Below the pieces are notes generated by a model that saw only the letters and a list, made by a program, of their open reading frames with translations, ran no database searches and was not told where the DNA came from. The translations under genes were made by a program, and so were the position numbers. Below, in pieces: positions 50,994-60,261 of a DNA stretch of 64,000 nt (position 1 is the first letter of the stretch; each line of letters opens with the position of its first letter). The stretch comes from Chloroflexota bacterium (lineage in GTDB: Bacteria; Chloroflexota; UBA11872; VXOZ01), in the NCBI GenBank assembly GCA_964291655.2, contig OZ219802.1, positions 928,001 through 992,000 of the forward strand. The letters are read 5' to 3'.

Positions 50994-51265
50994 GACTACT
51001 CTTCGACCTCCCTGAAGTTACCGGCAGCTCGTTGCCGCAGATCGAAGCACTGTAGCTTCAGGATCGCAACACCAACCCCGCAGTAGCCATAGTCAGGGTA
51101 CCAAGCTGGTATGCCCCTTGCAAGCGTTTTGCACTATTTCTAAGCCAGAAGCCTGTCTGGTCAATGCAATAGGACAACCCCTCTCATTGACCCGCGCGCA
51201 CGCAAAGAGTCATACTGAGGGAGACGGATCGGCACACGCAATAACGCACCAAGAGGAGTACATCC

Positions 51266-51502
51266 ATGGCCGAGAAGCAACGTCTCAGCATCGAATACTG
51301 CACCTCGTGAGGCTACCTCCCAAAAGCCGTCAGTTTGACGGAACAAGTGCTGGATAAGCACGAACAGAACATCGAGAGCCTGGAGCTCATCCCCTCCGGC
51401 GGCGGCGCCTTCGAAGTCACCCTGGACAACAACGTCATCTTCTCCAAACACCAGGAAGGCCGCTTCCCCGAGCACGACGAGGTGCTGAAACACCTAGGGT
51501 AG
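51266..51502 (+). CDS. SelW/SelT/SelH (Rdx) family selenoprotein with CxxU motif, 78 aa
   Basis: GAGGAG RBS; IEYCTS-TGA(51308-10)-GYLPKAV...LIPSGGGAFEVTLDNNVIFSKHQEGRFP; SECIS-like hairpin CCGTCA-GTT-TGACGG at 51327-41; absent from the ORF track. Confidence 0.92.
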
Positions 51503-51723
51503 GTGTCTAGCAACATTGTCACTTTCCCGTCCGATATAAGTAATCCTGTTCACGTGCTTCAGCGTTAACGCAGACAATGCCGGCTTCGTGTAAGCGAGGA
51601 CCGGCGTTGGGGGGTTAATGTCCGTGTCAAAAAGGACTTGCACCTCTTTGGCTTACTCTTCTTTGCTCGAGGGATTAACCCAACCGGGACAGTCAAGTCC
51701 CTTACCTGCGCTACAATGCATCA

Positions 51724-51860
51724 TCGGCGGCTGTTACTTTGATAAACTGGCAATTGGTGGTTGCAATCACTAACCCACGTTGTTTCGTGCGAGCACCCAA
51801 CTCTTAAAATAAAACCGTTGCAGAATTGCCCTGACTTAGTAATTCGCTTCCGCCGTACTT
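51724..51860 (+). ncRNA. Putative structured RNA or leader upstream of the DRT4-like RT
   Basis: TACAAT -10-like box at 51712-17; three concentric stems CGGCGG/CCGCCG, TTACT/AGTAA, GGCAATT/AATTGCC with internal hairpins. Confidence 0.4.
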
Positions 51861-51913
51861 AGTTTCGGAGGGACGCAATTGTGGTAAGCAAAATTACATG
51901 AGGTGTTGCAACG

Positions 51914-53434
51914 ATGAGTGTTGACAAGGATTTCTTGCTAAATGCCTTATTGAAGCACAATTTCCTGCCAACTCAAAAGCGAGAGAAAGAGGAGATTCCA
52001 CAAATAATCACCTCAGGTGCATTCACAGAGTGTGTAGCAAGAAGACTTGCAGACTGCAAGGAGGCTCGAGCGGACCACCCTGGTTACGACACGGTCGAGT
52101 ACAGATTGACGCGATTCAACGGCGTGGCGCGGGTTTGCTCGATACCCCACCCTAAGGCCTATGCGACCCTTGCGTTGAGCATTGCCGAGAATTGGGAGCA
52201 ACTCAAGTACATATCAGAGAACACTGTCAGCAAGATTGTCCCAAGGAAACATGAAGATGGCAGGATCATCGTGATGGAGTACGAGAACCTGCCGAAAGCC
52301 CATCAAGCCTTAGAATACTCGTTTGGGCGCCACTTCATGGTGCGCACGGATATATCGAACTTCTTTCCCAGCATTTATTCGCACTCAATTCCTTGGGCGA
52401 CTGTAGGTAATGCCAAGGCAAAGAAAGCCATAGGAAAGAATTCCAAATGGTACAACAGTCTCGACCGCGCAATCCGAATGACTAAGAGAAGTGAAACAGG
52501 CGGTATTGCAATTGGCCCAGCTACTTCTAACATAATTGCCGAATCAATTCTCGCTCGCGTGGACTGTAAACTGGGAGATGAGTACACCTATACAAGATAC
52601 ATAGACGACTATACGGCATATTGCGAGAGCCACGAGAGAGCACAGGGCTTTGTACTATCACTTGCGGAAGAACTGAGCAAGTACAAACTAGCACTAAATA
52701 TTGGCAAGACGGAATTCATTCCGCTCCCACAAGCCACTGGTGAAAACTGGATTGTTGACCTAAAGAATGCTTTGCTAGATAGAGGCGATTTGTCCCCCGA
52801 AGGTGCGATCAACTACCTGGACTTCGCACTCCGTCTTTCGAGACAAACACCCGATGGTAGCGTATTGAAGTACAGTCTAAAGGCACTGCTTAGTACGGTT
52901 TTGGATTCAAGATTTGACGTAGATGGTGAAGTAGTGGACATTGTACTTCATTATGCTCTGAATCTATCGTTTCATCAGCCTGTCCTACTCCCACTGCTTG
53001 AAAGGCTTTTCGACGAAGCATTGTCGGTGGGGGGAGATTTTCGGCACAAAGATGAGCTCCAGGCCCTATTGTGTGAACATGTACGCCTACGCCACTCTGA
53101 TGCAATCTCTTGGATATTGTACTTTTCCGTCAAGTACGGAGTGCCAATACGAGATTGCTGTGCCTGTCGAATTGTGGAGCTTCAAGACTGCATACCAATG
53201 CTACTCCTAAGTCAATCTGGAGATGAGAGCCATGAGAATAGAGTTATCGAGTTCGCCAGGGGGTTAGAGAAGAGTAACCTATATGGGCTTGACCAACAGT
53301 GGCTGCTCCTGTATGAGTTGGTATTCGATGAAAGAATGGAAAACCCCTATCGGAAGAAAGATTCATGCGAAACAACCTTCGATATCATGAAGTCAGAGGG
53401 TGTGAGATTCATCAGGCCTCCGACCGTAACATAA
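51914..53434 (+). CDS. Defence-associated reverse transcriptase, DRT4-like (UG/Abi class) with helical C-terminal domain
   Basis: HNFLPTQK..EEIP, GYDTVEYRLTRFN, SIPHPKAY, DGRIIVM, DISNFFPSIYSHSIPWA, GIAIGPATS, catalytic YIDD, LNIGKT; visibly AT-richer than its neighbours; DRT4 assignment rests on recalled family motifs. Confidence 0.85.
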   Translation: MSVDKDFLLNALLKHNFLPTQKREKEEIPQIITSGAFTECVARRLADCKEARADHPGYDTVEYRLTRFNGVARVCSIPHPKAYATLALSIAENWEQLKYISENTVSKIVPRKHEDGRIIVMEYENLPKAHQALEYSFGRHFMVRTDISNFFPSIYSHSIPWATVGNAKAKKAIGKNSKWYNSLDRAIRMTKRSETGGIAIGPATSNIIAESILARVDCKLGDEYTYTRYIDDYTAYCESHERAQGFVLSLAEELSKYKLALNIGKTEFIPLPQATGENWIVDLKNALLDRGDLSPEGAINYLDFALRLSRQTPDGSVLKYSLKALLSTVLDSRFDVDGEVVDIVLHYALNLSFHQPVLLPLLERLFDEALSVGGDFRHKDELQALLCEHVRLRHSDAISWILYFSVKYGVPIRDCCACRIVELQDCIPMLLLSQSGDESHENRVIEFARGLEKSNLYGLDQQWLLLYELVFDERMENPYRKKDSCETTFDIMKSEGVRFIRPPTVT

Positions 53435-53527
53435 CTACCATCACAGGATCCAAACCTAAACGCGTAGTATTGCGGTGTTCGGTGGATCTAGTCCGGAAGT
53501 CTTGTTCATATCGAGTGTGAGAAAGCA

Positions 53528-54091
53528 TTGAGTCTTTCCAACCCGCCTACAAAGACCCGGCGTCGCCGGTCGATTCGCCTGAAGGACTACGACTACGCGC
53601 AGGCAGGCGCGTACTTCGTCACCATCGTCGTCCAAAGGCGGACTTGCCTGTTCGGTGAGGTTGTGGATGCCAGCATGCGCCTGAACTAGACAGGCCAATT
53701 GGTGTCCGATGCCTGGCAGTGTCTTGGGACCCAATACCCTTACGTGGTATTGGACGAATATATTGTCATGCCGAACCATCTCCACGGCCTCATCATGATC
53801 ACTGACGAAACGCGTAGGGGCGGTTCGCGAACCGCCCCTACTTCGCCTGCGGTTAAACGCAAACCCTTGGGACGCCTCATTGGCGCGTTCAAGACCGTCA
53901 GCACGAAACGGGTCAATCTCGCGCATGGTCTTTCCGCCAGTCCCTTGTGGCAGCGGAATTACTTCGAACACGTGGTGCGCAGCGAAGATTCCATGACTAA
54001 GATCCGCCAGTACATCCACGATAACCCGGCGCGCTGGGAACTCGACCGGGAGAATCCTTTGGTAGCAGGCATGCAACCAAGACGTAGTTGA
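53528..54091 (+). pseudogene. REP-associated tyrosine transposase (RAYT, IS200/IS605-type Y1 HUH) with an in-frame TAG
   Basis: RRSIRLKDYDY..AGAYFVTI, TAG at 53687-89, VMPNHLHG (HUH), LWQRNYFEHVVR, YIHDNP. Confidence 0.85.
53814..53841. repeat. REP palindrome GTAGGGGCGGTTCGCGAACCGCCCCTAC inside the RAYT
   Basis: Perfect 28-bp palindrome; identical copy at 54117-54144. Confidence 0.9.
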
Positions 54092-54116
54092 CCGCATTGG
54101 GTGCGGCTGTATCCCG

Positions 54117-54375
54117 GTAGGGGCGGTTCGCGAACCGCCCCTACCTTTGCCAGCAAGCAAACGCATGCCTCTGGGTCGCCTCATTGGCGCATTCAAGACG
54201 GTAAGTAGGAAACGGGTGAATTGTGCCTAGGGGCTCTCCGGCAGTCCCCTTTGGCAGCGCAACTTCTTTGAGCACATCGTGCGCAGCGAAGATTCACTGA
54301 TGAAAATTCGTCAATAAAAAAACGATAACCCGGCGCGCTGGAGATTCGATCGGGAGTACCCATTGGCAGCGCCAT
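54117..54375 (+). pseudogene. Degenerate duplicate of the RAYT 3' half, starting at the REP
   Basis: REP followed by PLGRLIGAFKTVS..SPLWQRNFFEHIVRSEDS..DNPARWE with stops and a frameshift. Confidence 0.8.
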
Positions 54376-54497
54376 AGGAACCAGGGGTTGTGACCGCCTC
54401 TGCGGAAGCCAACGCCTAACGGCGCGCCTGCTTGCCTGACTGTCCGGTGGCAGAGGTAACCTGTGTCGTCAGTCTACGTCTTGTACTTTTTCCTCTA

Positions 54498-54518
54498 ACT
54501 AGTCTAGTATAGACTAGT
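54498..54518. promoter_or_regulatory. Putative TA autoregulatory operator
   Basis: ACTAGTCTA-GTA-TAGACTAGT palindrome just upstream of the antitoxin. Confidence 0.6.
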
Positions 54519-54561
54519 ACACAATTGGTGAGTGGCCTCTCAGTTCCAAAGGAGTCTGCAT

Positions 54562-54840
54562 GTGAAAGAACCGGCTACCCAGCGTGTTTGGACCGTGGCG
54601 GAGGCCAAGGCGCGGCTTTCTGAAATCCTGCGGCTCGCGGAATCCGAAGGGCCGCAGCGTATCGGCGCCAGGAAAGCCTTCATCATAGTGCCGGCCCGGG
54701 TCTGGGCCGAGAAGGAATCGCAGCGCAAACCGCTCGGTCGCTGGCTGATCGAGAATACGCCGCGTGGGGCTGAGCTTGCAATTCCCAGCCGCCGCGAGCG
54801 TGGACGCACAATCCCGTTTGTCAACGAAGCAGACGAATGA
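54562..54840 (+). CDS. Type II antitoxin, Phd/YefM family
   Basis: WTVAEAKARLSEILRLA..EGPQRI; AAGGAG RBS; ATGA overlap with the toxin gene. Confidence 0.88.
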   Translation: MKEPATQRVWTVAEAKARLSEILRLAESEGPQRIGARKAFIIVPARVWAEKESQRKPLGRWLIENTPRGAELAIPSRRERGRTIPFVNEADE

Positions 54841-55256
54841 GCGGCTACCTCCTGGACACAAACGTGGTCTCGGAGTTAGCAAGGCGGATTCCACACCCGG
54901 CCGTTATTCGTTTCCTGGACACGCAGGATGACCTTTGGCTATCGGCTATCGTCCTGGGAGAGCTTTCGTTGGGCGTTCACCTTCTCCCACATGGCCGCCG
55001 TCGCGATAGCTTGAGCGACTGGTTGTCACAATTTATAGCGGACTTCGACCAGCGTGTATTGCCCATCGACCGGTGGGAAGCCGAGCGAGCCGCTGCGTTC
55101 CAGGCACACGCGCGCCGAGAAGGTAGAGTGTTGCAACTGGCCGACGCGCTCATCGCGGGAACGGCAGTGACGAACGATCTGACGATAGCAACGCGGAACG
55201 TCAGGGATTTCGATGGCCTGGACGTTGCCGTTATCAATCCCTGGGATGTCCCATGA
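54837..55256 (+). CDS. vapC: Type II toxin, VapC PIN-domain RNase
   Basis: YLLDTNVVSE, LGEL, ADALIAGTA, ATRNVRDF, INPW. Confidence 0.93.
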   Translation: MSGYLLDTNVVSELARRIPHPAVIRFLDTQDDLWLSAIVLGELSLGVHLLPHGRRRDSLSDWLSQFIADFDQRVLPIDRWEAERAAAFQAHARREGRVLQLADALIAGTAVTNDLTIATRNVRDFDGLDVAVINPWDVP

Positions 55257-55486
55257 CTGCTTTCACCACAGCCGCTTTAAGACTGGCGTTGGCCTCCCCC
55301 TATTCCTGACTTCTGCTGGGTCGAGTGAGACCGTCGATCCTCTTCCCCTTCCGTTCAGGACACGCCACACCGTCACGCCGGTACGTGTGGGAATCTTCCC
55401 ATAGCCCTATAGTTGCGCACGTCAACCCGCTATGAATGATTAAATGCAGAAAGGCAAGAAAACCCGATAAACACCCCAAAATTCCC

Positions 55487-55540
55487 TTGACACCCCTATA
55501 TGTTGTTTCCTATAATTTCCTCTACACCAAGATATACCTT
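55487..55540 (+). promoter_or_regulatory. nrdJ promoter with tandem NrdR boxes
   Basis: TTGACA(55487)-N18-TATAAT(55511); NrdR-like boxes CCCCTATATGTTGTTT (55493) and CACCAAGATATACCTT (55525), 32 bp apart. Confidence 0.75.
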
Positions 55541-55651
55541 CGTCGTGCCATTCAAATGGCACCGCTGCAACCACAAGGTTTCCTTGGATCCCTTAAAAAA
55601 CCTCCACTGCGCGAACCACGCGCTGCCGCATCCAGCGAGGAGAATCCAGCC

Positions 55652-58078
55652 ATGGCAGTCATTCACACCAACGGCAGAAGCACCAACGGTCAACCAATGG
55701 CCGAGCCCGAATCCGGCACCATGCTGGAAGGCATCCGGCAGAAGGTCTTTGCCGACAGATATACCTTAAAGGATGAGACCGGCGCTGCCTTGGAGCACTA
55801 TCCGGAGCAGATGTGGCAGCGGGTAGCACGCGGCATTGCCGCCGTGGAAGAAGAGCAGAACCGCGCTGCGTGGGAAGAGAAATTCTACCGGGCGTTGCAG
55901 GACTTCAAATTCGTTCCCGGCGGCCGCATCCTGGCCGGCGCAGGCACGGGCCACGAGGTCACTTTCTACAATTGCTATGTGATCCCCTCGCCGCAGGACA
56001 GCCGCGGCGGCATTCTGGAAAACCTGAGCGTGATGACGGAGATCATGGCGCGCGGCGGCGGCGTGGGCATAAATCTTTCCAGCCTGAGACCACGTGGTTC
56101 TTACATTCGCTCTGTGAACGGCACCGCCAGCGGGCCGTGCTCGTGGGGCGAACTCTACTCGGTGGCCACCGGCGACGTCATCCAGCAGGGCGGTTCGCGC
56201 CGCGGCGCGCTCATGCTCATGTTGGACGACTGGCATCCGGACATCGAGGAGTTCATCACGGTCAAGACCGACCTCTCCCGCATCAACCACGCCAACCTCT
56301 CCATCTGCGCTTCCGACTCCTTTATGGAAGCGGTCAAAGCGGACGGCAACTGGGACCTGGTCTTCCCGGACACGACCGATCCGGAATACGACGAAATCTG
56401 GAACGGCGACCTGGCCGCTTGGCGCGCCCTGGGAAAGGGCGTCACTGTGCACCGCACCGTGAAGGCGCGCGAGGTCTGGGCCAAGATCTGCGAAGCCGCG
56501 TGGCGCTCGGCAGAGCCCGGCCTGGTCTTCATGGAGCGTTACCAGAAGCGCTCCAACACCTGGTACTTCGAGCAGATTCGCTGCGTGAACCCTTGCGGCG
56601 AACAGGGCTTGCCCGAATGGGGCGTGTGCAATCTCGGGGCGATAAACCTCTCCGCGTTTGTGCAAGACGGCGTGATGGACTACGAATTGCTGGCCGAGAC
56701 GTCAAAGATCGCCATCCGCTTTCTCGATAACGTGATCGACGCCACGCCGTACTTCATAGAGGACAATAAACGCCAACAACGCGACGGCACGCGGCGGACG
56801 GGCCTGGGCACTATGGGGCTCGCCGACGCGCTCATCAAGATGAAGGTGCGCTACGGCAGCGAAGAGTCTATGCCCGTTGTCGAACGCATCTACCGCACCA
56901 TCCGCGACGCTTCCTACAGCGCGTCAGTCGATATTGCCAAGGAGAAGGGACCGTTCCCGGATTTCGAGTCCGATAGATATTTGCAGGGCTCATTCATTCA
57001 GCAACTACCCGCTGCCCTGCAGAATGAGATAGCAGCGCACGGTGTCCGCAACGGCGTGTTGCTTACGCAGGCGCCCACCGGCACGACGTCCCTGCTCTCG
57101 GGCGTGTCAAGCGGCATTGAGCCTGTGTTTGACTTTGCCATGAAACGCGTCGACCGCACCGGCGAGCACATTCTCTACCACCCGCTCTTCAAAGAGTGGA
57201 AAGACGCCCACGACGGCGAGCCCGTGCCGGATTACTTCGCCTCCAGCAACGACCTGCGTCCGGAGGAACACGTGCGTGTGCAGGCGGTCATCCAGGAATA
57301 TACCGACTCTAGCATTTCGAAAACCGTCAACGCGCCGAATTCCTATGAAGTAGCCGACGTCGAAGAGCTCTATACCCTGGCCTACGATCTGGGCTGCAAG
57401 GGTATAACCTTCTTCCGCGACGGCTCGCGCACTCCCGTACTCTCCCGCGTGGAGGAGAAGAAGGAAGAGGACGTTAAGGATGCCAACAAAGCTGCTGACA
57501 GCAATCAGGCAAGCAGCGCGGCGGTACCGATAGAGATGCACCCGCGCAAACGCCCGGCAGTGGTCGAAGGCGTGACCGTGAAGAAACTCACGGCCCGCGG
57601 CGAACTCTACGTGACCATAAACGCCGTCGGCGAAGGCGAGGACCGCCGTCCTATCGAGATATTCCTTACTCTCGGCAAAGCCGGCACGGCCGATCAAGCG
57701 TACCTGGAAGCGCTGGCGCGCTCGATCACGCTCGGTCTGCGGAGCGGCGTGCCGATCAAGGAGCACTACAAGCACCTGCGCGGCATTGGCTCATTGGACG
57801 TGATGGGAATCGGCCCCAACCGCGTGCTCTCGGTACCCGATGCCATCGCACAGGTGATCGCCGAGATCTACGAGATTCCTACCGGTACCAACGGCATGAA
57901 CGGCGCGGCGGCCACTGAAGAAGAATCCGTCGTGCAACTCGGCTTGGCCGGCGCCCAGGCTGCAAACCCGACTCGCGAAGCGCGGCATGGCGAGATTTGC
58001 CCTGACTGCGGCGCGGCCGGTGTGGTCTACGAAGAAGGCTGCGAGAAATGCCTCGTCTGCGGGTACTCACGCTGCTAG
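55652..58078 (+). CDS. nrdJ: Adenosylcobalamin-dependent (class II) ribonucleotide reductase with TSCPD domain and zinc ribbon
   Basis: PGGRIL, NCYV, QGGSRRGALM, NPCGEQ, CNLG, APTGT, DSSISKTVN; C-terminal CPDC..CEKCLVCGYSRC; GAGGAG RBS. Confidence 0.93.
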   Translation: MAVIHTNGRSTNGQPMAEPESGTMLEGIRQKVFADRYTLKDETGAALEHYPEQMWQRVARGIAAVEEEQNRAAWEEKFYRALQDFKFVPGGRILAGAGTGHEVTFYNCYVIPSPQDSRGGILENLSVMTEIMARGGGVGINLSSLRPRGSYIRSVNGTASGPCSWGELYSVATGDVIQQGGSRRGALMLMLDDWHPDIEEFITVKTDLSRINHANLSICASDSFMEAVKADGNWDLVFPDTTDPEYDEIWNGDLAAWRALGKGVTVHRTVKAREVWAKICEAAWRSAEPGLVFMERYQKRSNTWYFEQIRCVNPCGEQGLPEWGVCNLGAINLSAFVQDGVMDYELLAETSKIAIRFLDNVIDATPYFIEDNKRQQRDGTRRTGLGTMGLADALIKMKVRYGSEESMPVVERIYRTIRDASYSASVDIAKEKGPFPDFESDRYLQGSFIQQLPAALQNEIAAHGVRNGVLLTQAPTGTTSLLSGVSSGIEPVFDFAMKRVDRTGEHILYHPLFKEWKDAHDGEPVPDYFASSNDLRPEEHVRVQAVIQEYTDSSISKTVNAPNSYEVADVEELYTLAYDLGCKGITFFRDGSRTPVLSRVEEKKEEDVKDANKAADSNQASSAAVPIEMHPRKRPAVVEGVTVKKLTARGELYVTINAVGEGEDRRPIEIFLTLGKAGTADQAYLEALARSITLGLRSGVPIKEHYKHLRGIGSLDVMGIGPNRVLSVPDAIAQVIAEIYEIPTGTNGMNGAAATEEESVVQLGLAGAQAANPTREARHGEICPDCGAAGVVYEEGCEKCLVCGYSRC

Positions 58079-58617
58079 CAACGCAATCTCCAATTCTTTC
58101 CTCCAGCACCGGAACCACAATGAATTTCGGATCCGCAAGTGCAGAGTGAACAGGCTTCCAGGAATAGAGGAGGTGGTTACAAGCAAATTAGATCGAGGCG
58201 CTCGCACATGTAGGCGCAACATTGAGCGGTCAAACTGACGGCCTGGCGAATGAGCAAACGCGAGAGATCGGCTCTAGGCGTGCTAACCTGACTCACACAA
58301 GCCACCTGTCAGTCTAAGACTTTCGCACGTGTTCTCCCTTGAGAGCTCGACCTACCACACGTCTCCCTCACACCTCACTTCGACTACCTTCCCACAACCT
58401 TTCAAGTGCTGCGAAACGGCGCGCCACATCCCAACGGGCAGGACTCAAACAAGAGCGTACCCGTCGGTAGAGCGCCAAGTCGAGCCCGAAACACGCAGAG
58501 GACTGCTGCGCATCACTCACCCATGAGCATCGGTAGTGTGCGCCTCGAAGTGCTTCCTGCCAGGTGCGTCTGCCCATAGTTTCCTAGGTTCTCACGACGA
58601 TGGAAGGAGTAGCCTTG

Positions 58618-59043
58618 ATGGGCGCTATACGAAAGCTGTTTGCGATTTTCTTGATCGGCATCGCGCTCATCGTGGCAGTGCATTTTATCTTCAATTCCTT
58701 CTATCGAGAGGCTCTCGATACGGTCGATGTGTGGGGCATCTTGGACTGGCCGATTGCCGTCGCAATCGTGGTTGCGTTGGTCGTACACATGCAACGGAAA
58801 CTCGCTCTGGACCGGGAGTCGGCGCAGGCCGTAGATCGCAAATACGTGGAAGTCAACGTGGCGACGTACGCAACATTCTTCCTGGCCCTTTGGTTCTTCT
58901 CAAATTGGTTCAACTTTCTAAATTTCGGAACGGAAGGCGAGTCGACCGCAAATCTGGTTGTTTGGGCGATCGTTGACGCATTGGTCGTCTTGGTCTTGGG
59001 CGCAACCGGTCTCAGTCTCTGGCGCGAAGGCGATGCCAGCTAG
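58618..59043 (+). CDS. Hypothetical four-TM membrane protein
   Basis: AAGGAG RBS; four hydrophobic helices. Confidence 0.75.
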   Translation: MGAIRKLFAIFLIGIALIVAVHFIFNSFYREALDTVDVWGILDWPIAVAIVVALVVHMQRKLALDRESAQAVDRKYVEVNVATYATFFLALWFFSNWFNFLNFGTEGESTANLVVWAIVDALVVLVLGATGLSLWREGDAS

Positions 59044-59322
59044 GCCGCAAGAGAGCGAGCGGGGCTCACGCCGCCTTCCGGCAACTGTCCGCAAGTGCCA
59101 ATGCATTCCAGTGTACGTCTGGAGAGAAGCAAGAAAGCATATCACCTAAACTGTTCCCTTCTCACGTTAGCAGCGCGTCTCAGCCCCTGCTTTCAAGCCT
59201 TCGGCAGCGGTAGAGGCGCGTTGCGCTTTAAGCCGCGCCTTCCACCCGGAAGTAAGATTGGGAAGCCGCGGCCATCGAGGGGAAAAGAGTGATACCAACT
59301 TTGACAAGCGCTCGATGCGGGG

Positions 59323-60093
59323 TTACGAGGAAATGGCTAATTCCGCCAACGCTGCCGAAAGCGCGATATAGATTGAAAAGCCGGTATAGCCGAGCGTCGC
59401 AGTATACGTAGATTCAGTGCGTACACGTACCGCTGTCAAGAAAATGCCCATAGCCAATAAGGCCACCGCCGGCTGCCAATAGACGCCCTGCGCTGCGAGC
59501 TGCGGCAGGGCAAAGAAGACCGCGCAGAGCAGCCCACCTACCCACATGCCCAAACGGTCCACCAGAATCGGATAGCAGAACCCAAAGACGAACAGTCCGA
59601 CCAAGAGTGCAGTCAACGGCACGCTCACCGCATAGAGGAGAAGATCAAGACGAGAGAGAAAACCGGCAGTTGGTTCGAGCAACGGCAGTGGATAACCGGT
59701 CCTGCCAAGTGCGGCCCGCAACAGAAACGCCAGCAAGACGCCGAGAAGCACGACTACCGCAAGCACCCACACTGGATTCAATCGGGTAAACGCAAGTGCC
59801 TGCAACGGCGCCCCCTGGTAGCGGCTCGTTACCATACGGAACGCAAGACCGGCAGCGATTAGAATTGGAATAAGCAACGCCGCGGCCACAAGCGCGCCGG
59901 GGGCAAACAATGTGGCACGCACATTCTGCAAGCTCGCCGCGCCAATAAAGCGCAGCGGCGATAGTGCCGTGTAAAAGTCAAGCAGCACGCGGCTCAAGTG
60001 CGCCAAGACGAACCAAATCAACCAAACTGTTACCACTGAGCGCAAACCCCAGGGTAGCTTCTCAGTGTCGAATTGCTGCACTCCTGCCTTCAC
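59323..60093 (-). CDS. CPBP/Abi (CAAX-protease-like) membrane protein with degenerate catalytic motifs
   Basis: TM topology and C-terminal pattern (LCAVFFALPQ..GIFLTAVRVRTES) resemble CPBP, but the EExxxR and His motifs are absent. Confidence 0.6.
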   Translation of the reverse strand: MKAGVQQFDTEKLPWGLRSVVTVWLIWFVLAHLSRVLLDFYTALSPLRFIGAASLQNVRATLFAPGALVAAALLIPILIAAGLAFRMVTSRYQGAPLQALAFTRLNPVWVLAVVVLLGVLLAFLLRAALGRTGYPLPLLEPTAGFLSRLDLLLYAVSVPLTALLVGLFVFGFCYPILVDRLGMWVGGLLCAVFFALPQLAAQGVYWQPAVALLAMGIFLTAVRVRTESTYTATLGYTGFSIYIALSAALAELAISS

Positions 60094-60261
60094 TACGTGC
60101 TCCTTTTCACTTTGTGCCCGTTTTCCAAGGTCTTGCCCGCACCAGCGACGTTCGCCCCCGATCCGTGTCGATACGCCGTACCGGGAACGGGGCAGGCTCG
60201 GCACGAACAGAAGGGCCGGCACTCGGCACGAACGGTCTTCACGGCCACTGCCAACACCCTC

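Noticed and set aside
51503-53434. Retron, group II intron or DGR assignment for the RT
   Set aside because: There is no VTG retron motif, maturase X domain, intron domain V or TR/VR pair; the motifs fit a DRT4-like UG/Abi RT.
53687-53689. Pyrrolysine or recoded TAG in the RAYT
   Set aside because: TAG terminates many genes in this window and the position is not catalytic; a nonsense mutation is the simpler explanation.
58079-58600. Small RNA or small ORF downstream of nrdJ
   Set aside because: No convincing stems, and the GGAGG near 58169 is not followed by a plausible start and ORF.
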